DNA of 63,535 nt, counting the filler, from Octopus bimaculoides (Eukaryota), in the NCBI RefSeq assembly GCF_001194135.2. It is 5 parts of 5 records of this genome, joined end to end, with 100 filler letters (N's around TTAATTAATTAA, not from the genome) between each part and the next. Parts side by side here need not be neighbours in the genome. Positions count along the whole stretch, not along the records: positions 57,703 to 63,535 come from NC_068999.1; 4 more parts are not named here. One strand, 5' to 3'. A model generated the notes under the pieces. That model was given only the letters and a program-made list of their open reading frames with translations. It did not search any database and was not told the DNA's origin. Each line of letters starts with the position of its first letter. Position 1 is the stretch's first letter. Shown piece after piece: positions 61,543 to 63,535 of the stretch. A program made the translations under genes and the position numbers.

Positions 61543-61820
61543 CTGTTAGAAGAATAGAGAAATTTCATCAATTCATATACGTGCATAAAAATTTTAAAAC
61601 ACAAGTTTATACTAAATGCAGTTATATATTATTATTATATAATTCTAATATTTTTGGCTATAAAATATTGGGTAACTGCTAGATAGATATATTTACCAAC
61701 ATTCACACATCAGCGTATATTACAGTGTGACGTAATATGATGTGATGCGTGTATATTCTCTGACATAAGACCTGCATTGGGTAAAGTAACAGGCGGTTGA
61801 ATAATTTGTAAAGATCGATG

Positions 61821-61864
<44 letters not shown>

Positions 61865-62790
61865 CATAGCCACTCGTAAGTTAAATGTAGTTCTTTTGAT
61901 TTTGCAAAGTGATAGATTTGAAGTTACTTGTACCTTCATGAACATATTCCAGACACAGTATAGTGAATGAATGTGACCATAAAATATATAAAATGCGAAA
62001 TCGATGTTATTCTGTGTCGACAAAACAATTTTCTTATTTTTACACTTGATGAAATACGGAGGACGGTAGAAACAACGTCACGATAAAACTCTGCAAGGAC
62101 AACTTTCTGTGCGCCATCTTCAAAGTTCAATATCGTAAGTTGCATATGGTTGTCATGGATAAGATTCATATGCTTATATGTAAGGTCAAATCGTTGTTGG
62201 TACATGACTTGTTTGGAGAAAGAAAATAGGATGAATAATAAGTATATCCCCAAAATGCCTTCGGATAATATAAAAATGTTTGAACGTCTGTGAGACCATA
62301 GCAAGTTTGTTATTATCAAATTGGTTGCCAAAGTTGAAACCTACTGAGAATTAAATCTAGTTACCTGAATGTACTGAATGAGGTTCATGCGCTTTTAACG
62401 GATGCGATGATAAAGTTGAAGTTTGATATTGGTTGCGAAGACTTCGCTTCTAAGTATTTACAAAATGTGTAAATGATATATATTTCTATGATTTAAGAAT
62501 ATTTCTCTCATTTGAAGTAGGGTTCTGAGGTAGAGCTACTAATGGGTTTTTATCTCAATAGTTTTATCGTCACAATGCTCGCAAATCATGTGTTGGTTCA
62601 TTTAAATAGTGTCCAACGCAACTTAGATTGTTTGATGCTCAGTATAAATTAACTCATTGTATCACAATTTTAAGACCTCCTCCAATACAAGTGCTATAAA
62701 TCAATAATCATAACTGTGTCTACGTTTGTCATAATTCACCCACATTTAAAAGGACACATTGAATGTATAGGGGAATAATGTAATGAGTAA

Positions 62791-63128
62791 AGGTACATGG
62801 CTCAGTGGTTAAAGCCCCGGGCTTACAATCATGAGGTAGTGAGTTTGATTCCCAAACCGGGCTGTGTGTTATGCTCTTATGCAATACACTTTATTTTACG
62901 TTGCTCCCATTCACTCAGCTATATAAATGAGTTGCGACGTTACCGATGCCACACTGTATTCGCCTTTCCCTTTCCCTTGGACAACATCGGTGGCGTGAAG
63001 AGGAGAGGCTAGTATACATGGGTGACTGCTCGTCTTCCATAGACAGCCTTACCCGGATTTGCGACTCGGAGGGTAATTTTCTAGGTGCAATCCTATGGTC
63101 AATGATGACCGTAGGGGATTTTCCCTTT
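62791..63128 (+). mobile_element. tRNA-derived SINE family 'G' (full-length copy)
   Basis: ATGGCTCAGTGGTTAAAGC (A box), GAGTTTGATTCCC (B box), tail GGGTAATTTTCTAGGTGCAATCCTATGGTC. Tail copies at 23620-23800 (+), 6440-6515 and 54840-54990 (-). A related head family occurs at 2155-2410 and 53940-54130. Confidence 0.82.
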
Positions 63129-63535
63129 TAATGTAACGTGTATATTAAGTACCTGAAAAGGGGCACACATTACAGGATTAGAAACACCTTATTATATTTC
63201 CATCGCAAGAAGGTCCATTGTTAAACAGATATTCAATATGTTAATCTTATTTTGCTATTCTTAAGAAAACTCTTCTCTTATTGAAGAGATTAATTGTCAC
63301 ATTCATCCATGAAAAGAGAATACAAGAGTTAACTATTCCAATATAAAAAGGCAGGTACATATGTATGTGTGTATGTCGATATATATATTCTAATAAATAT
63401 ACTAATGAATATATATATATATATATATATATACTAATGAATATCGCCTTTGTACGTATTCAAAGTGTGTATACACTTTACCGAGACCCTCTGTACATAT
63501 ATATATATATATATAAGATTTTCGTAATGAGATAT

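Overview
AT-rich, microsatellite- and SINE-dense eukaryotic DNA. From the repeat content I infer a coleoid cephalopod, most likely Octopus. Four identical 100-nt spacers (44 N + TTAATTAATTAA + 44 N) split the window into five joined segments, so adjacency across them is an assembly statement. Recognisable genes: (1) a single-coding-exon CNOT7/8 (CAF1/POP2) deadenylase with a Ser/Asn-rich tail, (2) an intronless DHHC palmitoyltransferase, (3) the last two exons of an SLC7 (LAT-type) amino-acid transporter, (4) one internal exon of a neuroligin-like non-catalytic cholinesterase-fold protein. The rest is a layered transposon fossil record: several tRNA-derived SINE families, RTE, RLE-type and Penelope-like retroelement fragments, Helitron helicase and Helentron-type pieces, mariner, and hAT- and piggyBac-like MITEs. 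The most notable unannotated signal is RNA-structural. A near-canonical type I hammerhead ribozyme with an extended closing stem lies at 30805-30912 (minus). A dispersed family of minimal, Penelope-type hammerhead motifs occurs in different states of decay (16.3, 30.2, 33.5, 33.7 kb). Two unrelated 97-98 nt near-perfect fold-back palindromes (4575-4671, 17998-18095) look like template-switch products and possible dsRNA/miRNA/ADAR substrates. All folds and alignments were done by eye; nothing was computed or searched.
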